Below are positions 1-13,132 of a DNA stretch of 64,000 bases, in pieces (the first letter of the stretch is position 1; every line of letters begins with the position of its first letter). Source of the stretch: the human T2T-CHM13v2.0 reference genome, Homo sapiens; NCBI RefSeq assembly GCF_009914755.1, contig NC_060936.1; one strand, 5' to 3'. Under the pieces are notes generated by a model. That model was not told where the DNA came from, searched no databases, and was given only the letters and a program-made list of their open reading frames with translations. Position numbers and translations under genes: made by a program.

Positions 1-98
1 TGCTGGCCAGGCTGGTCTCAAACTCCCGACCACAGGCGATCCACCCACCTTGGGCTCCCAAAGTGCTGGGATTACAGGCATGAGCCACGACACCCAGC
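1..98 (-). mobile_element. Alu (left-arm portion, cut by window edge)
   Basis: ctcccaaagtgctgggattacaggcatgagccac antisense Alu consensus. Confidence 0.9.
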
Positions 99-248
99 TG
101 GCAAAATTTTATAAAGAATAATTTGAAGCCACAGTGGCCTCTTTCCCCAAAGTTGATTCATCTATGGGAAGCCCTTGTATCCTGGGGATTCAAAGTCTCT
201 AATTTCTCTTGATATGGAGAAGCTGACAAATGTCTTTCTCAGTCTAAC

Positions 249-931
249 ATTTTTTATTTTTTTATTTTTTGTTAAGATGGTGTATTAATCAATTTTCAAA
301 CTGCTGATAAAGACATACCCAAGACTGGGCAATTTACAAAAGAAAGAGGTTTAATGGACTTACAGTTCCTCTTGGTTGAGGAGGTGTCACAATCATGGTG
401 GAAGGCAAGGAGAAGCAAGTCATGTCTTACATGGATGGCGGCAGGCAAAGAGAGAATGAGGAAGACAAAAGCAGAAACCCCTGACAAAACTATCAGATCT
501 GGTGAGACTTATTCACTAGCACGAGAACAGTATGGGGGAAACCACTCCCATGATTCAATTATCTCCCAGTAGGTCCCTCCCACAACATGTGGGAATTATG
601 GGAGTACAATTCAAGATGAGATTTGGGTGGAGACATGGCCAAACCATATCAGATAGGGTCTCGCCCTGTTATCCAAGCTGGAGTGCAGTGGTGCCATCAC
701 AGCTCACTGTAGTCCTGAATTCCTGAATTCAAGCAATCCTCCCAGCTCAGCCTCCCAAGTAGCTGTGACTACAGGTGTGTGCCACCATGCCTGGCTAATC
801 TTTTTGTATTTTTTGTAGAGACAGGGTCTTGCCATATTGCCCAGGTGGGTCTCAAACTCCTGGCTCAAGCATTCCTTCCACCTCAGCCTCCCAAAGTGCT
901 AGGATTACAGGTGTGAGCCACCACACTTAGC
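249..931 (-). mobile_element. AluJ-type element split by a THE1 LTR
   Basis: T-rich tail ~250-270, body resumes at 652; TSD ctcagtctaac at 238-248 and 932-942. Confidence 0.88.
281..651 (-). mobile_element. THE1 (MaLR) solo LTR
   Basis: TG...CA ends; reverse complement begins TGATATGGTTTGGC...CCCAAATCTCATCTTGAATTGTA; 5-bp TSD gatgg/gatag. Confidence 0.88.
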
Positions 932-1979
932 CTCAGTCTAACCTTAATCAAGTCATGAACATTCTCAATATTCTTTATCTAAAGCTATTCAATCTCTCAA
1001 GGATCATTTGTCCTCCTCAATTATTACTCCTTCATCTACTCTAACCTCAGAAACACTCACTCCTTTCTCCTTTCCCTCTTCTTATCAATCTGCTTCTCCA
1101 ACCCCTTCCTGTCTCTCTCTCTGCTACGGCCTGGACCTCCTTGTCTACCCACTTCTCCCCAAACCTATAACTACTTTTCTGGCCCCCAGTTTCCTGTAGT
1201 TACTTGAGAAGTTGGCCCTACTCTCTTGGTACTCAGACCTCAAGGCCTCAAGGAAGGAAAGTTGAAGGATCTCAATTGCCCCTCCTCAATAAGTCATTTT
1301 AAACCATTGGTCTCTATCTGTCCTCTATAACAGAGGACTTCCCTGACCCATAAGAAAACAGAGACGTTTTCTACACAAATTAGGTTTAGGGGCATATTAT
1401 CTAGGGCTTCCAGAGATTTACCAACCATTCAAACTTGTTGTGGGTCCTGGAGATGCCTCCTTATCTAAGGCTAAATGGGCCCGAGTCAATGAAGACTTAT
1501 AATTAAATCAAAGTACACCCATCACCTATCATGAAGCTAAGTAAAGTAAAGATTCCTACCCTATGGCCTTGCTATCTAAAATAGACTGGTCAAAGTTTCA
1601 AGGGTGCAGATAATAAAGAGACAAATCAGTCTCTGATTATAGTCACTGCTTAAAAAACATTGGGAAGGTTCATTTGGGCCTATTCCTGATTGACTGCATG
1701 GTGTCTGATTAGGTACCAGCTTTGTTAATGGGTTTGGTGTGGTACTGAGAGAGGCTATTCAAAAACATCATATAAACTGGTAAAGTGCCTCTCTCTTTGA
1801 AATCCATGAACAGGCTGGTAAAATTAAATCTATATAATGCAAACTCATGGCTCATGGCTTTTCAACTTAAACAACTTGAGAAAAGTTGAAAGTTAGAGAA
1901 GACTACCAGAAAGCACAAACCTTAAGATGAAGGAATGATGCAAAAAAACAATGAAAATTTCTGTCCCAAGACTTGGAAT

Positions 1980-2430
1980 AAGGTTTGACTTTATAAAATT
2001 AAGGATTTCCTTTCAACAAAGGACTTTATGAAAAAAGTTAACAAACACATAGCAAATTAGGAGAAATCATTTATACTCTCTAATGCTAAAGAGGCACTGA
2101 TACCTAGAACATATGATAAATGCTTCCAAATTAACAACAAGAAAATACAATAGAAATATGGACAAATGATAATGGGCAATTCACAGAAGAAGAAACCCAA
2201 ATCTTAACACATACATGAAAACATGCACAAAATCATTAGTAATAAAATACAAATTAAAACAGTGAGATTTTATACCATTAGATTGACACACAGTAGAAAA
2301 TCTAATTTTCCCAAGTGTTGGTGGAAATGTGGAGATACAGGGACCTAGTGCTGCTGGTGAAAGACCAGACATATTTGTCCATTCTGTAAAGCAATCTGGC
2401 AGTTCATAGTCTAAATATGTATATTATATA
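1980..2430 (+). mobile_element. Old L1M ORF2 3' fragment
   Basis: A-rich L1-like motifs (tatggacaaatgataatgggcaattcacagaagaagaaa, ccaagtgttggtggaaatgtggaga). Confidence 0.65.
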
Positions 2431-3048
2431 CGTTCAAGAGAGGGATTCCTAAGCTTGTTTATGTGCCTTTAAATGTTTTTGAAGAATGCCCTCACTTAGC
2501 CATTTTTCTGCCCCGAAAGAGTTCTGAGTAAGGCGAAATAAAGGCAATCCTGTTTTTCAGTCCTTTAGAGAACTCCCAGACATATTGCAGCTAACAAACA
2601 CAATTCTTTGAAAGAAGGTCCACTCTATTTCATTCAGAACCAGATATCCCCAGCAGGAATGTAGATTGCCATCTAGAAGACCTGCTATTATTCTGGGAAT
2701 GTGAGTGAGGCAAAGCTAAGTTAAATGCCACAAAGCTCTCCTGCTGGCTTAAGTCATTTTCTTAATTCAGTGTTCACTTGGTTGCTATAAACCTTTGACT
2801 ATTTTCCAGATTCTGGAGAAGCGGATTCTGACAGTTTTTGTTCATTTTTTGGTGTTTCTGTGAAGGGTAATGAGCCTTGGGAACTACCTACTCCACATTT
2901 TGACTGAGGTCTGGCCTTGCCAATAATTTTAAAAAATAAAACCAGATCCTCAAAAATGTCTTACAATAAAAAGATACAATAATCAGTACATAAATGTAGT
3001 GAAGGAAAACATTCACTGTCTACTCTTGGCTCTGTATTAAGACAATAA

Positions 3049-3419
<371 letters not shown>

Positions 3420-4088
3420 AATTCACTGATCTTAAGAATAATTATTGGTTGTGATTCAAACTTTATTTCAAAGATTTAAGACATTTACTTTTGGCAAACA
3501 CCATATGCCATGTACAGTTGTTTTCACAATGGCTTAGTATTTTTACAGTTGTGGTCTTAAACTCCAAAGGCAGAAAGCTTATCTTAGTTGCAGCATTCCA
3601 TTCACTCAACAAATATTTCTTGAGGTAAGGAAGCAGCTATTTGGGATAAGATGTACCGTGGCAGGTACATGATGGCACTCACTTCAAGATTTATTGAGTC
3701 TCCTCTGTGGGAACAAGTTGCCTAACATGTATATCCCAGTCCACTAGTGTTTTCCTTTGCTCAAATTCTTGCCTTGATAACTTTCTCTGTACCTTCGCTC
3801 CTCTGTGATCAAGAACAAGAATCCGTGTAACTGAAACAACTGTTTTAGTCTGTGTGTGTGTACACACACACAAACACACACCAGTTGCCAGGAATATAGC
3901 TATGAGTAACACAAGGGCCTTTCCACTGAAGAACTCGTAGTGTAGCAGGGAGACAGACAATGTTACAATTAAATAGAATATGTGTTATCATATAGGGATA
4001 TGTACTGAGTAGTGCTATGACAAACCTAAAGTTCTTTCTTTCTAAACAAATAACCAATCTGAAAGGAAGGTTCCAATCAAGATGTTCA

Positions 4089-4427
<339 letters not shown>

Positions 4428-4533
4428 CTAACTTTATCAGATCTTCCCCTCCCTCCCTTTTTTTTTTTTTTTTTTGAAACAGGGTTTCATTTTGTTGCCC
4501 AGGCTAGAGTGTAGTGATATGATCATGGCTCAT

Positions 4534-4855
4534 TGTTTTACCAGTAAAAGCTGTCCAGGTTCTTGGCATCTTGAACAAAGAATTGGACAAAATGCACAAA
4601 CGAAACCAGAAAAGCAAAAGCAGGGATTTATTGAGAAGGAAAGTACACTCCACAGTGTGGGAGTGGGCTGGAGCATAGGCTCAAGAGCCCCGCTTACAGA
4701 ATTTTCTGGGGTTTCAATACTCTAGAGGTTTCCCATTGGTACTTGGCGAATATTCTACGTAAATGAAGAGAATGAAGTGAAGTCACAGAGTCATTTACTC
4801 AGAATGTGCCCTATTGTAAATGGAGAGGGTGTTTATTTGGTGTGTGTGATCTATG
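4534..4855 (-). mobile_element. ERV1 LTR fragment (MER51-like), abutting a truncated antisense Alu (4457-4533)
   Basis: gtccaggttcttggcatcttgaacaaagaattggacaaaa...gatttattga...aaagtacactccacag matches the recalled reverse complement of the MER51-family 3' end. Confidence 0.65.
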
Positions 4856-5196
4856 TAAATGCCTGAACCAAGTTAGTGATAGTGGAGAAAAGTGGGATGG
4901 ATTTGAAAGTTATGAAGGAGGAAGAATCAACAGAACTTGATTCAGCATAGATGTAATGGATGAGGGAGAAGGAAGAGTCAAGTTTGACTCTTAGTTTCTT
5001 GATATGGGCAACCAGATGGATGGTGATGCTTTTCATTGAGAAAGGTAATGTATGAAGAGGATCAACTCCTTTTTGGGGAGGAATATGAGGTGTCAATGAG
5101 ACTTAAAGGTAAAGATGTCCAATAACCAGTTGAATATTCATGTCTGGATCTCAGACAAGAGCTCTGTAATTATAAGTGTGTATAAGGGCTTGACAT

Positions 5197-6597
5197 TGTG
5201 TCCAGAATTGGTAGGTTCTTGGTCTCACTGACTTCAAGAATGAAGCCGCGGACCCTCGCGGTGAGTGTTACAGTTCTTAAAGGCGGTGTGTCCGGAGTTT
5301 GTTCCTTCTGATGTTCGGATGTGTTCGGAGTTTCTTCCTTCTGGTGGGTTCGTGGTCTCGCTGGCTTCAGGAGTGAAGCCGTAGACCTTCGCTGTGAGTG
5401 TTACAGCTCTTAAGGTGGCGCGTCTGGAGTTGTTCGTTCCTCCCGGTGGGTTCGTGGTCTGGCTGGCTTCAGGAGTGAAGCTGCAGACCTTCACGGTGAG
5501 TGTTACAGCTTATAAAGGCAGTGTGGACCCAAAGAGTGAGCAGCAGCAAGATTTATTGCAAAGAGCAAAAGAACAAAGCTTCCACAGTGTGGAAGGGGAC
5601 CCCAGTGGGTTGCCACTGCTGGCTTGGACAGCCTGCTTTTATTCTCTTATCTGGCCCCACCCACATCCTGCTGATTGTTCCATTTTACAGAGAGCCGAGT
5701 GGTCTGTTTTAATAGGGTGCTGATTGGTGCGCTTACAATCCCTGAGCTAGACAAAAAGGTTCTCTATGTCCCCACTAGATTAGCTAGATACAGAGTGTCG
5801 ACATAAAGGTTCTCCAAGTTCCCACCGGAGTGGCTAGATACAGGGTGTTGATTGGTGCATTCACAAACCCTGAGCTAGACACAGGGTGCTGATTGGTGTG
5901 TTTACAAACCTTGAGCTAGATACAGAGTGCCAGTTGGTGTATTTACAATCCCCTAGCTAGACATAAAGGTTCTCCAAGTCCTCACCAGACTCAGAAGCCC
6001 AGCTGGCTTCACCCAGTGGATCTCGCACCAGGGCCGCAGGTGGAGCTGCCTGCTAGTCCCGCGTGTGCGCCGGCACTCCTCAGCCCTTGGGTGGTCGATG
6101 GGACTGGGCGCAGTGGAGCAGGGGGCGGTGCTCGTTGGGGAGGCTCAGGCTGCACAGGAGCCCACGGTGGGGTGGGGCGAGGCTCAGGCATGGCGGGCTG
6201 CAGGTCCTGAGCCCTGCCCCGTGGGGAGGCAGCTAAGGCCCGGCAAGAAGTCGAGCACAGCAGCTGCTGGCCCAGGTGCTAAGCCCCTCACTGGCCAGGG
6301 CCGGCAGGGCCGGCTAGCGGCTCCCAGTGTGGGGCCCACCGAGCCCATGCCCACCCGGAATTCCAGCTGGCCCGCAAGTGCCGCACGCAGCCCTGGTTCC
6401 AGCTCACGCCTCTCCCTCCACACCTCCCTGCAAGCTGAGGGAGCCGGGTCCGACCTCGGCCAGCCCAGAAAGAGGCTCCCACCGATCAGCGGCGGGCTGA
6501 AGGGCTCCTCAAGTGCTGCCAAAGTGGGAGCCCAGGCAGAGGAGGCGCTGAGAGTCAGCGAGGGCTGTGAGGGCTGCCAGCACACTGACACCTCTCA
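5197..6597 (-). mobile_element. LTR12 (ERV9; LTR12C-like) solo LTR
   Basis: Minus strand starts TGAGAGGTGTCAGTGTGCTGGCAG and ends ...CCAATTCTGGACACA; 4-bp TSD acat (5193-5196, 6598-6601); tandem CCAAT-containing U3 repeats ~5715-5990; U5 repeats. Confidence 0.93.
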
Positions 6598-7733
6598 ACA
6601 TCATAGCTTTCAGAGATATTAAGACTACAGTTTCATGTTTTATTCTCACCATACTAAATTCAGGAATACACTAAACTAGACTGTGTTAGCCTAGGAAAGC
6701 TTAGAATAAATAATTTGTTCATATCTGAATATCCTCTAAACTGTATCCTAGCTATCATATTGTGTATTGTATTACTCTGTGATTGATCATCTACCATGTC
6801 TAGGTGAAGTGGTCTCTAGGGAAGGGGCTATGTATAGGACTAGTCCAGCTTTATGTATATAAGGCTAGGACTGGAAGAGAAAGTTAAGTTTCCAGAAGGT
6901 CTGATGTTATGCATTCCAGAAGGTCTGAGTATTTGGAAGGCTTAGAAACTTGCACTTTCATCTCTTGGCTGATATTGCAACTAATTCCTTTATGTATCCT
7001 TTAGATAAAGTAAACCCAAGTGGTGTCTGTGTGGTGGTATTTCTGCTAATCTGCACCTTCTATTGATATGTATCAACACGGAGGTTATACAGGGTGATAT
7101 CAATAGATTGGCAGTAATTGAAGCCATTGGTGTGCAAAGGATCAAAGAGAACAAAGAAGACAAGCAAGTGAGGGTGGGGAAGACAGCAGAGAATAGAATT
7201 CTGGGAAACACTAATAATTGAGGAGTAGGTGAAAGAAAAGTCTAAGAGGAGAATAAGTAAATGTGATAAAATCAGAGGGACTGAACAACTAGAAAGGTAG
7301 ATTGAATAATATTTGTATTTCATCACTAAACTAAGATATTTCAGAATGACATTAGACAAATTTTCTTATTACATGTAAATATATACTCATTGTTAAATAG
7401 ATATATTTTCTAAAAGATTCATAACAAGGGCTCAGAAAAAGACATGGATTTCCTAATTTTCAACTAGAAGGTTAAACACTAGGACAAAACTCACTGATAA
7501 TTCTGTTAGAAGTTAATACAAGATGGCATTAGTGATGACTACAAATTTAAGAGTTCTCTTTTCTACCACCTATTTAAAACGTTTACTCAAAGCTAATGTG
7601 TGCCAGGCATGCTTTACCTACAATATTTCATTTAACCTCACAACTATCCCATGAAGAAGGCACTTTTGTTTTCTTCTTTTAAAGCTATGGAGAGGTTAAG
7701 TAGTAAAGATTGGTGAAGATTAGAAAGGCTAAA

Positions 7734-8744
7734 TGTTGCGGGAAGTCAGGGACCCTGAATGGAGGGACCAGCTGGAGCCATGGCAGAGGACCATAATTGT
7801 GAAGATTTTATGGACATTTACCAGTTCCCAAATAATACTTTCATAATTTCTTACACCTGTCTTACTTTAATCTCTTAATCCTGTTATCTTCGTAAGCTGA
7901 GGATGTATGTCACCTCAGGCCACTATGATAATTGTGTTAACTGTACAAATTGATTGTAAAACATGTGCATTTGAACAATATGAAATCAGTGCACCTTGAA
8001 AAAGAACAGAATAACAGCGATTTTAGGGAACAACGGAAGACAACCATAAGGTCTGACTGCCTGTGGGGTCGGGCAAAAAGAGCCATATTTTTCTTCTTGC
8101 AGGGAGCCTATAAACGAACGTGCAAGTAGGGAAGATATTGCTAAATTATTTTCCTAGCAAGGAATATTAATATTAATACTCTAGGAAAAGAATTGCATTC
8201 ATTGGGGGAGGTCTATAAACAGCTGCTCTGGGAGTATCTGTCTTATGCAGTTGAGATAAGGACTGAAATACGCCCTGGTCTCCTGCAGTACCCTCAGGCT
8301 TACTAGGGTGGGGAAAAACCCCACCCTGGTAAATTTGAGGTCAGACTGGTTCTCTGCTCTCGAACCCTGTTTTCTGTTAAGATGTTTACCAAGACAATAC
8401 GTACACCACTGAACACAGACCCTTATCAGGAGTTTCTGATTTTGCCCTGGTCCTGTTTCCTCAGAAGCATGTGATCTTTGTTCTCCTTTTTGCCCTTTGA
8501 AGCATGTGATCTTTGTGACCTACTCCCCGTTTGTACACCCCCTCCCCTTTTGAAACCCTTAATAAAAACCTGCTGGTTCTAAGGCTCAGGTGGGCATCAT
8601 GGTCCTACGGATATATGATTCCAGCCCCAGAGACCCAGCTGTAAAATTCCTCTCTTTGTACTCTTTCTCTATTTCTCAGCCGGCCGACACTTATAGAAAT
8701 AGAAAGAACCCACACTGAAATATTGGGGGTGGGTTCCCCCGATA
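7734..8744 (+). mobile_element. MER11 (HERV-K11/HML-8) solo LTR inserted in a MIR
   Basis: Starts TGTTGCGGGAAGTCAGGGACCC and ends GGGTTCCCCCGATA; 6-bp TSD gctaaa/gttaaa; AATAAA at 8561; MIR-like sequence on both flanks. Confidence 0.9.
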
Positions 8745-9191
8745 GTTAAATAATGTGCTAGAGTCACCCAGGTAGTAACCAGCAGAACTCAGATTCAAAC
8801 TAGAGCTTTCCAACTTCAGAGTCTGAAGCCTAACTACCATGTAACAATGCTGTGAAAGCATTACTTATGGTAATAAATGGTTAAATTTATCAGGCATTTA
8901 TTAATGTAATTTTCAATGAAGAGAGATTTGGTAGCCACGGAGGAGTTTTATACCCACACCGACATTTATAGGTATGCTACAATTTTGAAAGTATTTCTTG
9001 AGATACTTGAGAACAAAAATATGTATTTGAATATTTGGTTTTGCTACTGAAAGAGAAATTATTCAGTTTTTTGAAATGCTAACTCTTAACTTTAGCTGAT
9101 TTGTTAACTTGTAGAATAAAAAATTATTTTTACCTTTGGTAACTTGCTTGGCTTTGGCATAAAGCCATGCATTGTTTCTGGGGCAGTATAA

Positions 9192-9699
<508 letters not shown>

Positions 9700-9826
9700 T
9701 AACGATTTTGAGTTAATCATGCCAAAGTTACCAATAGTAAAAAATCCAAAAGAAAAGTTGGCTACATAGTGAAAGTCAGAGAATTTGATCCTATATCACT
9801 AGCCCAATTACTAAAGCATCATTTTT

Positions 9827-10365
<539 letters not shown>

Positions 10366-11439
10366 TCATACATAAAGCTTATACCATAGGAGGTGTCAAG
10401 TTTCCCAGAAGTTGTGTAATAGGCACAAATGATCAAAATTACTGCCCTAGGAGCTCTCTACTATTACCTCATCTGTCCCCTTTATCCATCCTTGCTTTGC
10501 TTCTTATCAGAAGGAAAAATAAAATAAAATTATTTAGCTTACAAAGTAGCTCTGTTACAGCCAAACAGCGCTATCCACTGACAATCTCATGGCTCACTGT
10601 CTTCCATCATGTCATAAGCTCAGCTGTCTGAAGGTGTTGGTTTCTTCATCTCTACTGTTTCTGGTTTTTCCTCCCTCATTTTCTGCTTTCTGACCAGCAG
10701 CTGCAAAATGTCTTGGGGAAAAAGTAGACCAACCTGGATCTTGGGGAAATACAGATGAAGATTTTTCTGTTTGGCTTTTGCCTCATATTTATTTGGCACT
10801 TCAGACCTGATGAAGGCTTTTATGTATCTGTGCCTTATTTGAGCCTCGAAACTCTGATTTTATAATAGAAGGGTATTCATTCAACAAGTATGTACTGATT
10901 ACCTGCTATATGCCAGACACTGTTCTAGGTGCTGGAGATACACAGGAAACAAAATAAGATTTAAAAAGAGGAAGAACCGGCAGCCCAACTCGCGAAACTC
11001 TCCTTTTAGCTGGGAGCATCTGCCAGTAAAGGGGCCGGGACAGATCTCGTAGCGCCTGGTAGGTGATTGGAGGAATTTTGGCTTTTACTTTGAGTGAGAT
11101 GGGAGGCCAGCGGAATGCGTGGAGCAGAGGGTAGTCTCATTTTAGAGATTAGGAAAATAAGAGGCTACCCCACAGTAAGTGCACCAGTTGCGTTTAAAGA
11201 AAAAAAATGTATATTAACAGGAGGTAGCCACTGATTTGGGGCCACTAGTCCAGAGATTCGAAATGAAGCGGGAGGAGACACGTTAAGATTAATCTACAGG
11301 GAAACAAATTATTTACACCGAAATACAATTTAACACAAACATACGCAAAGAGATATGCCAAGGAGTACTCGGGGGCTCTGTTCAGGCACTTGTTAATGAA
11401 AACGAAGCGAATCTTGACGCCTTAAACCCTGTCTAGCCT

Positions 11440-12140
11440 ACTTGATTCCGGGGGTGGGGCTGTGGGAATCGCTGCCCACCCGGAATCCCGCCTGCCCCGA
11501 GCATGGCCAAGCCCCAGCCCCGCCCCGCCGACGGCCTGCCGCCGGGGTTGGCCGCGGCGGTGGCGGAGGCCACGGTACCCGGAAGTGCGGCTGACGTGTC
11601 CCGGCAGCGCTCGGAATTGTGGGCGACTCGGCTAATGGCGTCGGCGAGTCTTAGGGGCCTGGGGAGCTGGCGCTGAAGCTTCTTGCCAGGTTGGCTGGTG
11701 ACACCCGGTGTGGCTGGGCCCCGCGGCAGCGGAGGGACCTGCCCGCCTTGTGGGTTTCTCGGCCAGAGTCGGCGGAGCCTAGCGGGACGGTGCGACTGCG
11801 GGGGGCGCCTCCGAGAAAAGCCAGAGGTGTTGCGGGGAAGCTGCTGGGGGACGCTCGAGCAGGCTCCGGGTTCGCAGCCCAGGGCCCAAGAAGCGGGCTG
11901 CTGAAGGACCAGAGACACCGGGAGGGAGCTGCCTGTGGCCCTAAGGAGCTGACCGTGCCAGAGCTTGTTTGTACCTCTCGGAAATTGGCTGGGACCTTGG
12001 AGGATCATGTCCGGCACCAGCAGCCCCGAGGCGGTGAAGAAGCTGCTGGAGAATATGCAGAGCGACTTGCGCGCCTTGTCACTGGAGTGCAAGAAGAAAT
12101 TCCCACCTGTCAAAGAGGTAAGCTTCAGGCGACGTCAGGA
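11440..12140 (+). promoter_or_regulatory. CpG-island, TATA-less promoter and 5'UTR of MON2
   Basis: Sharp GC- and CpG-rich block around exon 1; GC box ccccgccccg ~11518-11527, ETS CCGGAAGTG 11579-11587, TGACGTGTC 11592-11600, YY1-like AATGGCG 11634-11640, CRE-like CGACGTCA 12130-12137. Confidence 0.9.
12007..12117 (+). CDS. MON2: MON2 coding exon 1 (aa 1-37)
   Basis: ATG in atcATGt; encodes [37 protein letters not shown], recognised as the MON2 N-terminus; donor GAG|gtaagc; 111 nt, phase 0. Confidence 0.97.
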
Positions 12141-12990
12141 GAAGGCACTGTGAGCATGCCTGGTCCTGTTAGACTCAGTGCTTCACCCCAGTTTCCAGTC
12201 CTAATTTTCATTCAGGCCTCACCTTTCCAGATTTGTGAGTCGGTGGGTTGTTCCACAAGGGCTTTTTATAGTTTCCACTGGAGAGGGCTGAGGCACTTTG
12301 ATTTTCTCCCCTCTCCTGTCCTCCCAGTTTAGGAGTGAAGTTCATGAAGTGAGCCTATTCAGTTAATCCAGCTAGGTGTACTGTGCACTAGCCTATTCTG
12401 GCCTTTTTCTTACTTGAAACTGGCCAAACCAAAATTGAAAAACTTGTTTGTTGCTCCCCGAAACGAGTATCCACCCATCTTGTTGAAACCTGTACTCCTC
12501 ACGTTTATGGCATATCACTGAATTGGAAACAATTTTCCTTCTGGTATATATCATTCAGCTTAACTCTGTATCAATCCTTTGACGTGTTAATAAACTATCC
12601 AGAGCCACCTAATTTATGAAGAATATTGAAGATCCACATAATCATGTTAAACCTTGTTATGAGCAGTACTGTAGTGGGAAGTTGGGCTTGCAGTCAGAGC
12701 GAATACACCTGAATTTAGTTCCAGCAATAAATCTTAACCTCTTTGAGCTTCGGGTTTTTTTTTCAGCTGTAAAATAGGGTTAAAGGATGGTTTTATATTA
12801 TGTATGGGAAAGATGTCAGAGCAGAAGGGTATTATTAAAGAGATCCCAGTAAATAATACATGGAAATTTAATTCTCCAAATAGTTCTTGAGGTGAAATAT
12901 TTAACATTTGGTTACTATTTGCTTTTTCTCTTAAAATGCCATTTTAATTCTCTAAAAAAAAAAAACAAACAAAAAAAACCACCAAAAACA

Positions 12991-13132
12991 GGCCCGGCTA
13001 ATTTTGTATTTTTAGTAGAAACAGGGTTTCTCCATGTTGGTCAGGCGGGTCTCGAACTCCCGACTTCAGATGATCCCCCTGCCTCGGCCTCCCAAAGTGC
13101 TGGGATTACAGGCGTGAGCCACAGCGCCCGGC
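12991..13132 (-). mobile_element. Alu left arm (truncated)
   Basis: cccggctaattttgtatttttag...gagccacagcgcccggc. Confidence 0.85.

Larger units (their letters stand above)
100..1900 (+). mobile_element. Decayed ERV internal region (gag-like), interrupted by Alu/THE1
   Basis: Broken frames give LKPQWPLSPKLIHLWEAL (~122-175), Pro/Ser-rich VYPLLP segment, DFPDP, LGAYYLGLPEIYQPFKLVVGPGDA..KAKW (from 1386) and KIDWSKFQGCR (from 1578), resembling class I ERV Gag. Confidence 0.55.

Noticed and set aside
5234-6622. Cluster of 60-185-aa ORFs and regularly spaced repeats resembling an array
   Set aside because: All lie inside the LTR12 element; the repeats are its normal U3/U5 subrepeats, not CRISPR or genes
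11965-12006. Possible 14-aa N-terminal extension of MON2 from an in-frame TTG/CTG
   Set aside because: In-frame TGA at 11950 limits it, the starts are non-AUG, and nothing else supports it
11433-12113. 226-aa minus-strand ORF and overlapping 213-aa plus-strand ORF (11691-12332) across the promoter
   Set aside because: Near-cognate starts, Gly/Pro/Arg-rich composition and stop depletion are expected in a CpG island; the plus-strand ORF runs through the exon-1 donor and would stop early in exon 2 once spliced
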